DNA of 64,000 bases from Macrostomum lignano (lineage: Eukaryota), in assembly GCA_002269645.1 (NCBI GenBank), contig NIVC01000280.1, positions 434,001-498,000 on the forward strand. Reading direction: 5' to 3'. The notes under the pieces were generated by a model. That model was not told the DNA's origin and did not search any database. It saw nothing but the letters and a program-made list of their open reading frames with translations. The translations under genes were made by a program, and so were the position numbers. This document shows positions 24,547 through 38,831 of this stretch, one piece after another. Each line of letters begins with the position of its first letter. Position 1 is the stretch's first letter.

Positions 24547-27500
24547 CTAAGAATTGTCAATGAGCTCCCCGGTGTCAGGGTTGGCCATCAAAAGTCGCGG
24601 ATCGCGGCGATAGTTAAAATGGTCGCCACTGGCCGTCAGGCGGTGTCTCAAAAACTGCCGCACCTGCTGAGGATTGTCCAGTATGGCGAACGCTGAGTAC
24701 ACCACTCCGGCGTGTCCTGGCTGCTCAGCTGATGAGCTCCCGCAGGATTTGATCGCCCAGATCAGGGCCACCCCGGCCGACAGCAAGACTGCGATGAACA
24801 GCGCCGTGCCGATCCGACTGTTGCACCGGTTGGGAGCTCGGCGGGAGGCGACTTCGCCGTCGAGGTCGCTGTCGTGGCGGCATCCCGACAGCCGGCGGGC
24901 AGGAACTCGAACTGGTCCGGCACGGAGCTGCACCTCACCGGCTCGCTGCTGATTGGGTAGTGCGGGCACTGCCGGCTCCGGCCGACTGGGGAAGCGCGAC
25001 TGGCTTTGTTGAAAGGTATTTCGGGGATGGGGTATTTCGGGGATGGGGTATTTCGGGGATGGGGTATTTCGGGGATGGGGTATTTCGGGGATGGGGTATT
25101 TCGGGGATGGGGTATTTCGAGGATGGGGTATTTCGGGGATGGGCTATTTCGGGGATGGGGTATTTCGGGGATGGGGTATTTCGGGCAAGGGGTATTCTGG
25201 GGAAGGGGTAGTTTGGGCAAGGGGTATTTTGAGGAAGGGGTATTTCGGGGAAGGGGTATTTCGGGGAAGGGGTATTTCGGGGAAGGGGTATTTCGGGGAA
25301 GGGGTATTTCAGGGAAGGGGTATTTCGGGGAAGGGGTATTTCGGGGAAGGGGTATTTCGGGGAAGGGGTATTTCGGGAAAGGGTTATCTCTGGGAAGGGG
25401 TATTTTGGGGAAGGGGTATTTCGGACAAGGGGCATTTTGGGGAAGGGGTATTTTGGGGAAGGGGTATTTTGGGGAAGGGGTATTTCGGGGAAGGGGTATT
25501 TCGGGGAAAGATGTATTTCGCGGAATGGGTACTTCGGGGAAGGGGTAAGTAAAGACTCACTTTTTACTCGACATTCATTGAACGGAATCAGATCTGAGCA
25601 CTTCGGCTGTTTAGTTGAGCTTCTGTACAAAATTTCTTCGATCTAAAATGGATGAAAGAAAAACATGGTTATGCAATATTTCCAAGCCAAGTTCATGCTG
25701 CTTAGTGAAACCTGGAGTGCGCAGAGCCGTACCTTCCACTTGTACTCGTATCGGCACATCAAGCCCTTCGGCGGTATCTTGAACTTTACGAGCAGGTGAG
25801 ACGGCAGGCCGTCAACCCGCGACTGCAATTAGTTGGACAGTGTGCAATATTTGAAGCTAATTATCCAATTACAGCATTTGTACACATGTATTGGATTGTA
25901 CACAACTATATACACAGTATGCCCCGATGTACGCATGGAATCATGCACCACGATGCACATCATACACATCATACACATCATACACATACACATTCAAAGA
26001 GTAAGAGTAAATTAGAATGTGTACACTTTTAAAATTTATTTTATTTTAATTGATTACACCTGCCCTAATGGCCAGATATGCAACCGACAGCTCAGCCGCA
26101 GCTATTGCGCGGCGCATCTGAAGGATGCGTACGGCTGTTCAGTCCAAGGACTGGGGGGTCGCCACACACCCTCTGTTACCCCAGCTAATGCTGGCACCCA
26201 TTTTACAGCTGGGTGAACTGAAGCAATGCAGAGTTAAGTGCCTTGCTCAAGGACACAAATTGTTCCGAGTGGGATCGGGAATCGAACCCCCGACCTTCAA
26301 ACCGTGAGTCCGACGCTCTAACCACTAAAGCGTCGGTACAACCCCTGCACTTAGAAAAGTACATCAATGTGTGTACCCTAAAAAAAGTACATCAGGATAT
26401 GTACACTCAGAAAAGTACATCAATGTGTGTACCCTAAGAAAAGTACATCCGGATATGTACACTCAGAAAAGTACATCCGGATATGTACACTCAGAAAAGT
26501 ACATCCGGATATGTACACTCAGAAAAGTACATCCGGATATGTACACTCAGAAAAGTACATCCGGATATGTACACTCAGAAAAGTACACCCAGCAAAAAAT
26601 ATCCCAGACAATAGCGGCAGACCTTCGAGTCGCTTGCCAGCGTCATCCTGGGGTCAGCGCCGCCGATAGACTGATCAGTGTCCAGGCAGGCCAGGTAGTC
26701 GGTTGAATTGGAGCTGCGGTTGCCAGCCTGGACGATGACCAGCAGCTCCGCCGTGGCGTCGCATGCGTAGGCGTAGGGGCTTGGAGCCAAGCCTGGGAGT
26801 GGCAATTGTTGCAGTCACTATTGTTTACCTCTTAAGGAAAATGAAGTTTAAAAAGCATAAAAGCATCAGCCCTGAAAGCCAGCTGTCTAGTCTAAGATAT
26901 CAGCACCCCTGAGAGCTTTGGCATCAAAGCATCTGAGCAACTCCCTATAAGCCACAGCATTTCAGCAATTCCCCATGAGCCACAGCATTTCAGCAATTCC
27001 CTCATGAGCCACAACATTTCAGCAATTCCCTCATGAGCCACAGCATTTCAGCAATTCCCTCATGAGCCACAGCATTTCAGAAATTCCCCATGAGCCACAG
27101 CAATCCCCCGTGAGCCACAGCAATTCCCCCCGTGAGCCAAAGCAATTCCCCCGTAAGCCACAGCAATTCCCCCCGTGAGCCAAAGCAATCCCCCCATGAG
27201 CCACAGAGCCACAGCAATTCCCTCATGAGCCACAGCAATTACCCAAGGAGCCACAGCAATTCCCAATGAGCCACAGAAATTCCCTCATGAGCCACAGCAA
27301 TCCCCCGTGAGCCACAGCAATTCCCCCCGTGAGCCAAAGCAATTCCCCGATGAGCCACAGCAATTCCCCCATGAGCCTTAAAATCTCAGCAGTTAGGGTC
27401 GAGAGGGCTTGATACTTTTTAAGTTTCAAACAGGCGGCAATGCATTTTGAGTCGAAAACCGGTCTCCAGCTGTCCGTACACAGTTTGGTGAGTTTTACCT

Positions 27501-27577
27501 TGACTGGCCTTGGCAACCGAAAGTAGTAGCAGCAGCAGCAGCAACAGCAGCAGCAGCGGAAGCAGTGTTGCTGCCAT
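24547..27577 (-). CDS. Type-I membrane protein B of an unrecognised family (paralog of 28641-31129); possibly frameshifted
   Basis: Signal-peptide exon 27577-27499 (MAATLLPLLLLLLLLLLLSVAKASQ), exon 26792-26623 (YACDATAELLV..NSTDYLACLDTD), exon 25822-25733, terminal exon with TM IGTALFIAVLLSAGVALIWAI and stop at 24547. An open 246-aa model results with acceptor 24948. The paralog-like acceptor at 24985 is out of frame with the TM. Confidence 0.62.
25015..25545. repeat. 16-bp G-rich minisatellite (GGGGTATTTCGGGGAA/GA)
   Basis: Fills the last intron of membrane protein B. Confidence 0.94.
26035..26340 (-). mobile_element. tRNA-derived SINE with CORE-like central domain, copy 1
   Basis: Minus strand shows an A-box-like TAGTGGTTAGAGC, B box GGTTCGATTCC, central GTGTCCTTGAGCAAGGCACTTAAC...CTGTAAAATGGG resembling the CORE-SINE domain, and an A-rich tail. 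A second, inverted copy lies at about 54670-54920. Confidence 0.8.
26350..26590. repeat. 28-bp minisatellite (AGAAAAGTACATCCGGATATGTACACTC)
   Basis: About 8 copies abutting the SINE head. Confidence 0.92.
26950..27375. repeat. Degenerate minisatellite built on ATGAGCCACAGCAATTCCCC
   Basis: Variable-length units in intron 1 of membrane protein B. Confidence 0.85.
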
Positions 27578-28105
27578 GCTTGTTCCTCTTAGCAAAGGGT
27601 GCGTCAGAGGTCAATGAGCAAACCTGTTGAGCCGGGGGCTGACTGGCTCAGGGGGTATAGGATGGAACAAACAGGCCTCGGCTCGATATTATTTTTTCAA
27701 AGCCTTCCTTGTTTCTGTGCGAGCGCTGTCTCCCGGGGTCTCTCTCTCTCTCTCTCTCTCTAGTTTCATTAAGGTAATGTTTATAAGGCGGGCGCGTGCC
27801 GAGCGATAGCAGCGATACAAGTCTTCTTATGGCCCATTTTGGCGTACGTTCTATCGCGTACATTTCGAATACCCCCCCACCACCACCACCACCAAAGAGC
27901 GCGGGGGCAGAGAGGCGTAGCGGGGGCAGGGGTGGCGCAGGCCGCGACAGGGTTTTTATTGGAACTTTTTGAATAAACAGGCCGTAGGATCCGGGGCTTC
28001 GGTTTGAGCATTGAGTTGGCGCATCCGCATGACCGAGTGGCTTCCCAGCTTAAGGACTGACTCCCGTCTGAGGGCTCGCGATCTGATGAGAACATGGAGA
28101 TCGGA

Positions 28106-28412
<307 letters not shown>

Positions 28413-28640
28413 ACTCAATACATGTAGGGACACTGATAAGCAGACACTAAGCGGGAGGCAAGTAGACAGACTAGAAACAGAATAGAGGTTACTTTTGATA
28501 CAGAATCAAAATGTAATCAACAGATTCGAAGTAACTCATATATTTGATTGAGGGCATCAGAGTACCGTGACAGCAATAATTGATCTACAAAAAAGAAAAC
28601 ATTTTAACGTCTTTAAGTTGAAAAACTTTTTTTCAGTCTT

Positions 28641-31129
<2,489 letters not shown>

Positions 31130-34100
31130 CTCCCCGTGCAGCTGAGACTGCAGTAAAGTGGATTTTATTGTTTCTCTTCTCTGCAGCTTTCATTGAGCAG
31201 AAAGCACAGTCCAGTTTTATATACTGGGTTGAAAGCTGGGGTGTGTTTTACCCGGTCGCTTGGGGGCTGGGCTGTGTTCAATCTTCTTTTCCTTTACTGC
31301 ATTGTGAATTGCTACGGCCACGAGTTGAATCAAGGAACAAGCAAATTAGTTAGAACATTGTTTACGGATCGCAGCTCAGATGGCTGGAGTGCTCCGAGGA
31401 AAGAGATTTGCTTTGCGATGTGCTGCAATATTTAAGCCAAAGGCTTCTAAACCATTTACCAAGCAGCTTAATTGCTTTCGGTCCTTTGCATGATAAGGCC
31501 TGCTTTTCTTAGCCAATGACTGAAGCTCTCAGCTTGAAAGGACACAAAAATAAGTAACAAAACAGTGTTGGCTGTTGGATAAGATGCTTTAAGAAATATC
31601 CATGTCGGGGTGACTGATACCCTGAGGTTTCATGGTATGCATTTTAATTTGCTAATTTAAATATAAAACTTTCATAATTTCAAAAGCTAGGTGCTTAACA
31701 CTGTCCCCGACCCCTATTTTACGTCAGTTTTAATTCAATTAAACAGATGAAAGGGTAGAATCGTCGTAAATATCGACTGGAAAAATAATCCCAAACTTAG
31801 TTCCTTTCCTTTTTCAGTTTTCCCACTAAAAGTGTATACAAGCGTAATTTACTGGTTTTACGAAAATATCAATCAACATTTTGTAGCAATTTTGGAAATT
31901 CTAACAAAGGGGCGGGAGAATAAATAAAAAATCACTCTCTCTGATACAACAAGGAACTCTTTTAAGTTTATTTGTAGCGAGTAACTTGCTCAGCACTTTT
32001 CACGGCATTTTTGATAATCAAGGTCTTAGAGATATGTTGGTAATAATAAAATAATTTTACATGTTTTTATTTAATTGTTTTTATGTATGAAAAAACTACG
32101 CTTTTTCATTGAAACAGGGTTACTCGTACAACAATCGACGTTTAATCGATAATACACGTCAATATTTAAACTGAAACTTTTCCATGAAACATAGCTCGTA
32201 GTAATCCATTCGGATTATTGTTTCTAATTATGAAATAGACTTTCCCAGTCTTTATTGGATTCAAAGTTAGTTAAAGGCATTTAGGCAATCATATATTCTG
32301 ATAAATTATCAAGTTGTCTAAACTTCTTTTAAAAGTTGGAAATTTTCTACTGAAGAAAAAATTTTTCTACCTTTTTTAACTGATTGCGCTTTACACTTAC
32401 ACTGTAGTAGTCCCTGAAATTTAGGCATTCTTTCATTTTAGTTTTTAGCAGACAATCTAAATTTGCAGTTTTTTTCTAGGGTCCTCAAATAATAAAATTA
32501 CATTATAGGTCCTTTAAGCAAAACTATTGAAGATTTAAAGCAGCCACTCTACTGTTAGCCTTTACCTTGCTTTTGCTATCAAGGTGGTCAGGTGGACATG
32601 TGGAACAGATTCAGCTTGAAATACATTTACTTTTAGTGAGTTGATTAGACTAGGGCCTATGCGGTTTCACTATTAAAGGATGCCTTATACAAAACAAGCT
32701 AGTATTCTGGTGCAAATGCATAAAAATTGTGAAAAGGTAAACCTATATCTATATCTATATATACTTTTCTAATCAAAAACTGTTATCACAAGTAAAAAAT
32801 CTCCAAAAGAAAGTAAAAAAGGCAATGACTTTTTGTCCCAGCTGAGATGTCCCTCAGAGGCCATTTTGCAAAAATTAGTAGGCCCCTATGTATACTAAAA
32901 ATTATGGTATACAGACAAAGTCTTTGTAAGTCTTTTTGGGCATAGACATTAATAGAATTGGTAATAGTATATAGTGTGACAATATTGGCATGGTGGCATC
33001 GAGAGCAAAAGAAGACAAATAAATGTGGTAGAGGTAGGTGGAATTATAGCAGTAGCACTTGACAGTAAATTTTTCAGCATTATTACTAATGTTGGCTGCA
33101 GATTTGGTTTATTGTAATGTCTTATACTTTAATTAATAATGTGCTGGCGGCTATGCAACAATAGAATAATTAGTTTAAGTAGTAGAAATGGTGTGGCTAG
33201 AACTATGGCAGAGAGAAGGCAAATGACTAAACAAAGGCAGTCAGAGCCTACAAGCTACATAGGCTTGCAAGGGTGCAAAACTAGTATAGCATACTAGTAT
33301 AATGGCCCACTTTTAACAAATAGCTAGTAATATATTTTGTCAATTATAATGCCAATGGTATTATAATTGTTCTAAATAGGGATAAATATATTTACAAAAC
33401 ATTATTTTAGCATTAAACATTCCCATTGTATAGTTTCTAAAGCAGCAGCTTTTTTATTCTAGCATAAAATAGGCAAAATCTGCAATATGGCTCCGAGAGA
33501 TCCCCTTCCCTATTCCTTTGGATTCTACTACTAATGTCTAGTATCAACTTGTAGAACATAGGATAAGAGGCTATTATACCATTTTGTTTCTAATTGAAAT
33601 ATTGATAAATAGCCGCTATTTATTTCTACATATAAACTTGCTCATTAAATACAATATTATATTCAGATTAGGCACTCAAATCATTTTTCAGTCTCTAAAA
33701 TAAAAATAATTCATCATGTTTGAACTTGGTTATATAATACAATTATCTTTAATCTTTTTTGATTATGAAAACCTTTATTTTTATTACAATTTCTATTTTG
33801 ATATCTAGTAGTATAACACTTATTAACAAAGTTTGCATAAATAAATAATCTTATATATTAAAAAATATTTTTATTAGAATAAATTTTAGCTACTTGAAGA
33901 TGGAAACATTGGCAAAGGTAATAATCTCCTTTTAAAATTTTGTACTTTTAAGTTTTTAATTATTGTAATGAATGCGCAACCGAGAGATACATGTATTATT
34001 CAAGAGTGCCAAAAAGCATGTTATATAGAGGGGCGAGGGGGGCTGAGCAATCGATAGCAACGTACATGATTGGGGGACGAGGTGGCTGGGGCGCAGATGT

Positions 34101-34711
34101 GCATACAATAAATTATAGTTACAAGTGCATCACTGACATCTCTCTTCTAATAGCAAAAATCGAGAGGAATTAAAATCAATTTCTCGAAGGAATTATTGCT
34201 TCCAAAACATTTCATTATTTGTGCATTAGGCATGTGTGAGAACTCAAAAAAATATTTCTATTAATACAAATGCAAAAAATTAATTTTTTCAACATTTTTA
34301 GACAAAAAAATCAACAACGAAATTCGATTTAGATAAGGAATAAAAATATTTGGAATATTTTTTCAGCAACAAAATCAGCGGATTAATTGAAAATCCATGT
34401 TACAGTCCTTGAAAACAAACAAAAGTCACTGTCCCTATCACTCACACGTCATGTCTGTAGCGGAGAGGCGGAATGCCCTTTGTGGCCCTGGCAGAGCGGC
34501 GCAGTGGCTCTTCAGGCTCCGCAAGGTCTGATGCCGCCAACTCATCGCCGGCCGGAGCCGCCTGGGCCGCCCGCTGGACGTCCTCAATTGCGAATCAGCT
34601 CCCCGCCGCTTTGAGTCAGCAGTCGGTAGTTGCGGTGCTCCGGGTCAGCTTGCGTCACAACAGCTGGCTCCCATCTGAAACCATGCCGAAAACGAACTGC
34701 ATCTCCCTGAT

Positions 34712-37080
34712 TCAGTGTTGAGAGCGGTCGGGCTTGCTGGTCGTAGTGCCGTTTTTGAGCAGCCTGCAGCGGGGATTTAGAGAATAGTATACGGTTGTTC
34801 TGTCTTTGAGCAGCGCCTCCTCACCTGCTGGCAGCTTCGTACGAATCAACCGACCGAACATGAGCTCGCTGGGGCTGGTGCTCGTACCGTTAATTGGTGA
34901 AGCTCGATATTCCATTAGCGCAATTTCAGGCCAACCTTGGTCCATGGTGCATTCGGAATCTGATGGTTCAACAGCGGTTCATTTGGGTTGGCCGGCTGAA
35001 AAGTTTGACAAGTGCTGCAGTTCTTCACGAAGTTCTTAATGTCCGCTGACATGCCTGGCCAGTACAGAATTTGACGAGCTCGGGCCTCCGTCTTGCCCGC
35101 GCCAGCATGACCTTCGTGTAAAATTTGCAGAATCTTCTGCCGCAACGATGCTGGAACAGTAACGCGGTCCAACTTCATCAGCACGCCATCATTGTAGGTC
35201 AAGTCCTCCTTGAAGCTCCAATACGGACGGACAGAGTGGCAAATGTTCCGAAAGTTGCTTGGCCAACCCGCCTGAACAAACTGGGCTACAGAACTTAAGT
35301 CCGAATCTTTGCGGGTCTCGTCTCGGATTTCTTGCAAACGAATGGCGGAAATCGGGAGGCTCTTGCTCATTTGATGCACCTCCACCTCAATTTCGTCGTC
35401 TAGAGCAGCCTCGGCCTCCGGAAGGTAAGCTCTTGAAAGCGTATCGGCAATCAGCATCTTGGATCCCGGTGCCCAGGATACACGCAGATTATATCTTTTG
35501 AGTTGGTACAGCATTCGAGCAATGCGTGGCGGAACATGCAGCAAGTCACGCTTAAAAATAACCTCCAGGGGCTTGTGGTCTGTAGTCACTCGTACTACTG
35601 GAAGGCCATAGATGTAGTCATGAAATTTCTTGCAAGCAATAACAACGGCCAGAGTCTCCTTCTCAATCTGAGCATAGTTCTTTCTTTTGCGTGTTGGTCA
35701 GCGCAGCCGATCCATACGCCACAGGCTGTCCATTCTGCAGCAAAACGCAACCAACTCCGACCGATGAACTGTCAACTTGAAGCTCAACTTCCATATCGGC
35801 GTCAAACAACCTTAGCACAGGAGCGTCCGACAGAACATCTTTTAGTTTCTCAAAAGCTTGCTGCTGCTTCTCTTGCCAGTCAAAAAACACCTCCTTCTTG
35901 AGCAGGGCACGAAGAGGTTCAGTGATGTCCGACGCATTCGGAATAAACTTGCCCAGGTAGGTTGCCATGCCAAGCAGCCGCATCACTGCCTGCTTATCAC
36001 CTGGAACCGGAAGCTCTTGAATGGCTTTTACTTTAGCAGGATCTGGGCGAACACCGTCAAATGAGATCACGTGACCAACATAGTTTACTGAAGAAACACC
36101 AACTTTCAATTTCTTGCGATTTAGCTTTAAATTCGACTGACGGGCCTCACTGAGCACCTTGAGTAGCTTCTGATCGTGCTCTTCGCGGGTCCGTCCCCAG
36201 ACAAGCATATCATCAACAATTACCTCAGCCCAGCTGCTGAAAATTTTGCTTAGCTCACGTTGGTAGACTTCCGGTGCATCAATAGTTCCTGGGGGCAGGC
36301 GAACAAATTTGTATCTGCCCCACGGAGTGTTGAAAGTACAGAGCTGTGTACTTTCTTCGTCAAGTCTTATCTGCCAAAAACCAGTCTTTGCACCCAGCAC
36401 GGTGAAGTACTTGGCACCTGGAATGCGCGCAACAACTTGCTCGACTGTTGTCATCGGGTAGTGAGCGCGCTTGATAGCTTTGTTGAGATGTGTCGGATCG
36501 ATACACAGTCGCAGGCTGCCATCTGGCTTGTGCACAGTAACCAAAGAGTTTACCCAATCCGTTGGCTCAGAAACTTTAACGATGACTCCGAGGGCCTCCA
36601 TGCGCTTTAACTCCTCCTGAACCTTGCCTTGCAGCGCAAAGGGAATCTTTCTCGGAGCATTGACGACAGGAACAGCATGTTCATCGAGAGTAAACGAGTG
36701 CACGTAAGGCAAACAGCCAAGTTTGTCGTCAAACAGGTCACTGAATTCCTCTAGCACCAACTTTTCGTCAATCACTGGTGGCTGTCTAACGCTTTCAACT
36801 CGTCGAGTTAGGTCCAGATCCTTCAGCGCTGGTAAACCAATGATTGCTTGTTGAACCTCTGAAACCATAAACTCTATCTCGCACGGCCGACCCTGCACCT
36901 TGACCTTCAAACGACACTTTCCAACGACAGGAATGCGAGCTCCTCCAAAAGCCGTCAACACTGTGTGAGTTTTTAGCAACTGCTCACGACTGGGAAATAA
37001 TCTGCTGGCAACACGCTCACCTCTGCTCCGGTGTCTAGCTTGCATTGCAGCTTTTTATCATCTGGAAGCTGAACTTCTGC
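34712..37080 (-). pseudogene. Gypsy pol (PR-RT-RH-IN), disrupted
   Basis: Protease LDTGAEVS near 37040; RT LRLCIDP..FWQI..FNTPWGRY..IVDD; RNase H VDSS..TDHKPL; integrase Zn region HEGHAG..CSTC. Frameshifts are present, an RT motif reads LG instead of LD, and the integrase core is missing. Confidence 0.9.
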
Positions 37081-37539
37081 TAACCAACTGGAACTGTTGT
37101 GTCGCAAATGACTAAGAAAAGTTCATTCTGTGAGTTTTAGAACGAGGCGAGATAAATTCTTTATTTCAAAGAGCGATAGTCAATAGCAAAATATTATATA
37201 GCGATCAGGAGAGAGTGGTGGAAGGTGACAATATTTGGGGTGGTGGGCAAGGCGCACACAGGTAGACAGAGTGTACTAGAGAAAATGAGTATGTACTTGC
37301 AGAGGAATAAAATAAGTAAGAACAGAAAATATAATAAACAAGTTGCGATGCAATATAAGTCAGTCAGCTCAAATCCACATAAGTTCATCGAGTCATTCAA
37401 ATAAGTTAAAGTCAAACGCCGCCTCAGGAACCATTATCAGTCTGCAGCGTTCCGATAAAATACACCTCTTCACCAGCACTAGCATCCTCACCTTCAGCTG
37501 CTGTTACAGTCATAACCCTCCGGTTATTGTTGCTTCGGC

Positions 37540-38324
37540 ATTGACTGCGAAAGTGGTTCAGACGGCCACAGGACAGACACCGCTTACCGAAAGCCGGACA
37601 CTTGCCATCACGATGACTGTAACCGCAGTTGTGACAGCGACTTTCTCCAGGAAGGCGTCCCTGAAGTTGACTCGGGTTCGAACTTTGTACTCGACACTGG
37701 GCGCCCTGAGTTGCGGATTTGTTGCTGCCGAGGCGCTGCCGGAGCAGGTGACAACCTTACGACGTTTAGGCCTTTCTCGACTTCCTTTAGCTGATGTCGC
37801 GCGGACTCTGCAGCTCTGCACATGTCAATTGCCGTTCTCAGGTCCAAGTCCGTTTCTCGAAGTAGCCGCTCTCGCATTCGTGAGTCGTTGCACCCCAGGA
37901 CAATCTTGTCTCGAATCATTTTCTCTTTTTGTGTTTTGAAATTGCACGTTCCAGCCAGACGTTTCAAATCAGTCACAAACAGGTCGACTGGCTCAGACTC
38001 CTTCTGGTCGCGTTCCCAGAACTTAAAACGCTCGAAGACTTCGCTCGTACGCGGACTGAAGTGCTCATCGAATAGCTCCAGCAACTCGTCAAAAGCTATT
38101 GGTCGCCTTGCCGTTGCACCCTCCGCTGTTTCCTCTTCTATTTCTGTCTCCAGGGTGTTATAAATGTCAAGACCATTGTCACCGATCAGGTGCAAAAACA
38201 AATTTATTCGACGCTCTTCGCCAACAATTCCAGTTGCCTTGAGGTATATAAAAAATCTCTGTCGCCAGCGTTTCCAAGACTCGTTGGAGTCCGTCTCCAA
38301 CTCTTCGGGTGACTTCAGGTCCAT
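37540..38324 (-). pseudogene. Gypsy gag (frameshifted before the CCHC knuckle)
   Basis: ORF 37608-38324 (WKRWRQRFFIYL..MIRDKIVLG..RERLL). The knuckle CLSCGRLNHFRSQC lies in another frame at about 37540-37580. Confidence 0.88.
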
Positions 38325-38831
38325 GCTCTGAGTCTAGCTAGCTTGCGACGCCATGTAATGAACGCGCAACCGAGAGATACGTGTATTATTCAAGAGTGCC
38401 AAAAAGCATATTATATAGAGGGGCGAGGGGGGCTGAGCAATCGATAGCAACGTACATGATTGTGGGACGGGGCGGCTGGGGCGCAGATGTGCGTACAATA
38501 AATTATAGTTACAAGTGCATCACTGACAATTATGAGCCTCTGCCAATTATACTTATCTCAACTTTTTATAATATTGATGTTTTATTAAAATAAAGGTTAG
38601 GCCACAAAGAACCCGATATGGTTATGTTTTTTTATGCTGCCTATTTATGACATTCCATATAAATTCTAGAACTTAAAAATTTCATGACCATGAATGCCAT
38701 GACTCCTATATATACCACAAAACCCTAGTATAGATCTTTTATACTTTTAACTTTTATATCTATGAACCTTTGTAGAACTAGAAATATACCATCATAAACT
38801 TGTGTACCATTTATGTTCTTTCCAGCGCGCA

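Larger units (their letters stand above)
33964..38528 (-). mobile_element. Decayed Ty3/Gypsy LTR retrotransposon with both LTRs
   Basis: 175-bp TG..CA LTRs at 33964-34138 and 38354-38528 (7 differences); 5-bp TSD ATTAT; PBS TGGCGTCGC adjoining the 5' LTR; polypurine tract AGAAGAGAGA adjoining the 3' LTR; internal gag, protease, RT, RNase H and partial integrase. Confidence 0.96.

Noticed and set aside
26240-26340. tRNA gene
   Set aside because: A/B boxes are present but there is no complete cloverleaf, and the sequence continues into a SINE body repeated at 54670-54920.
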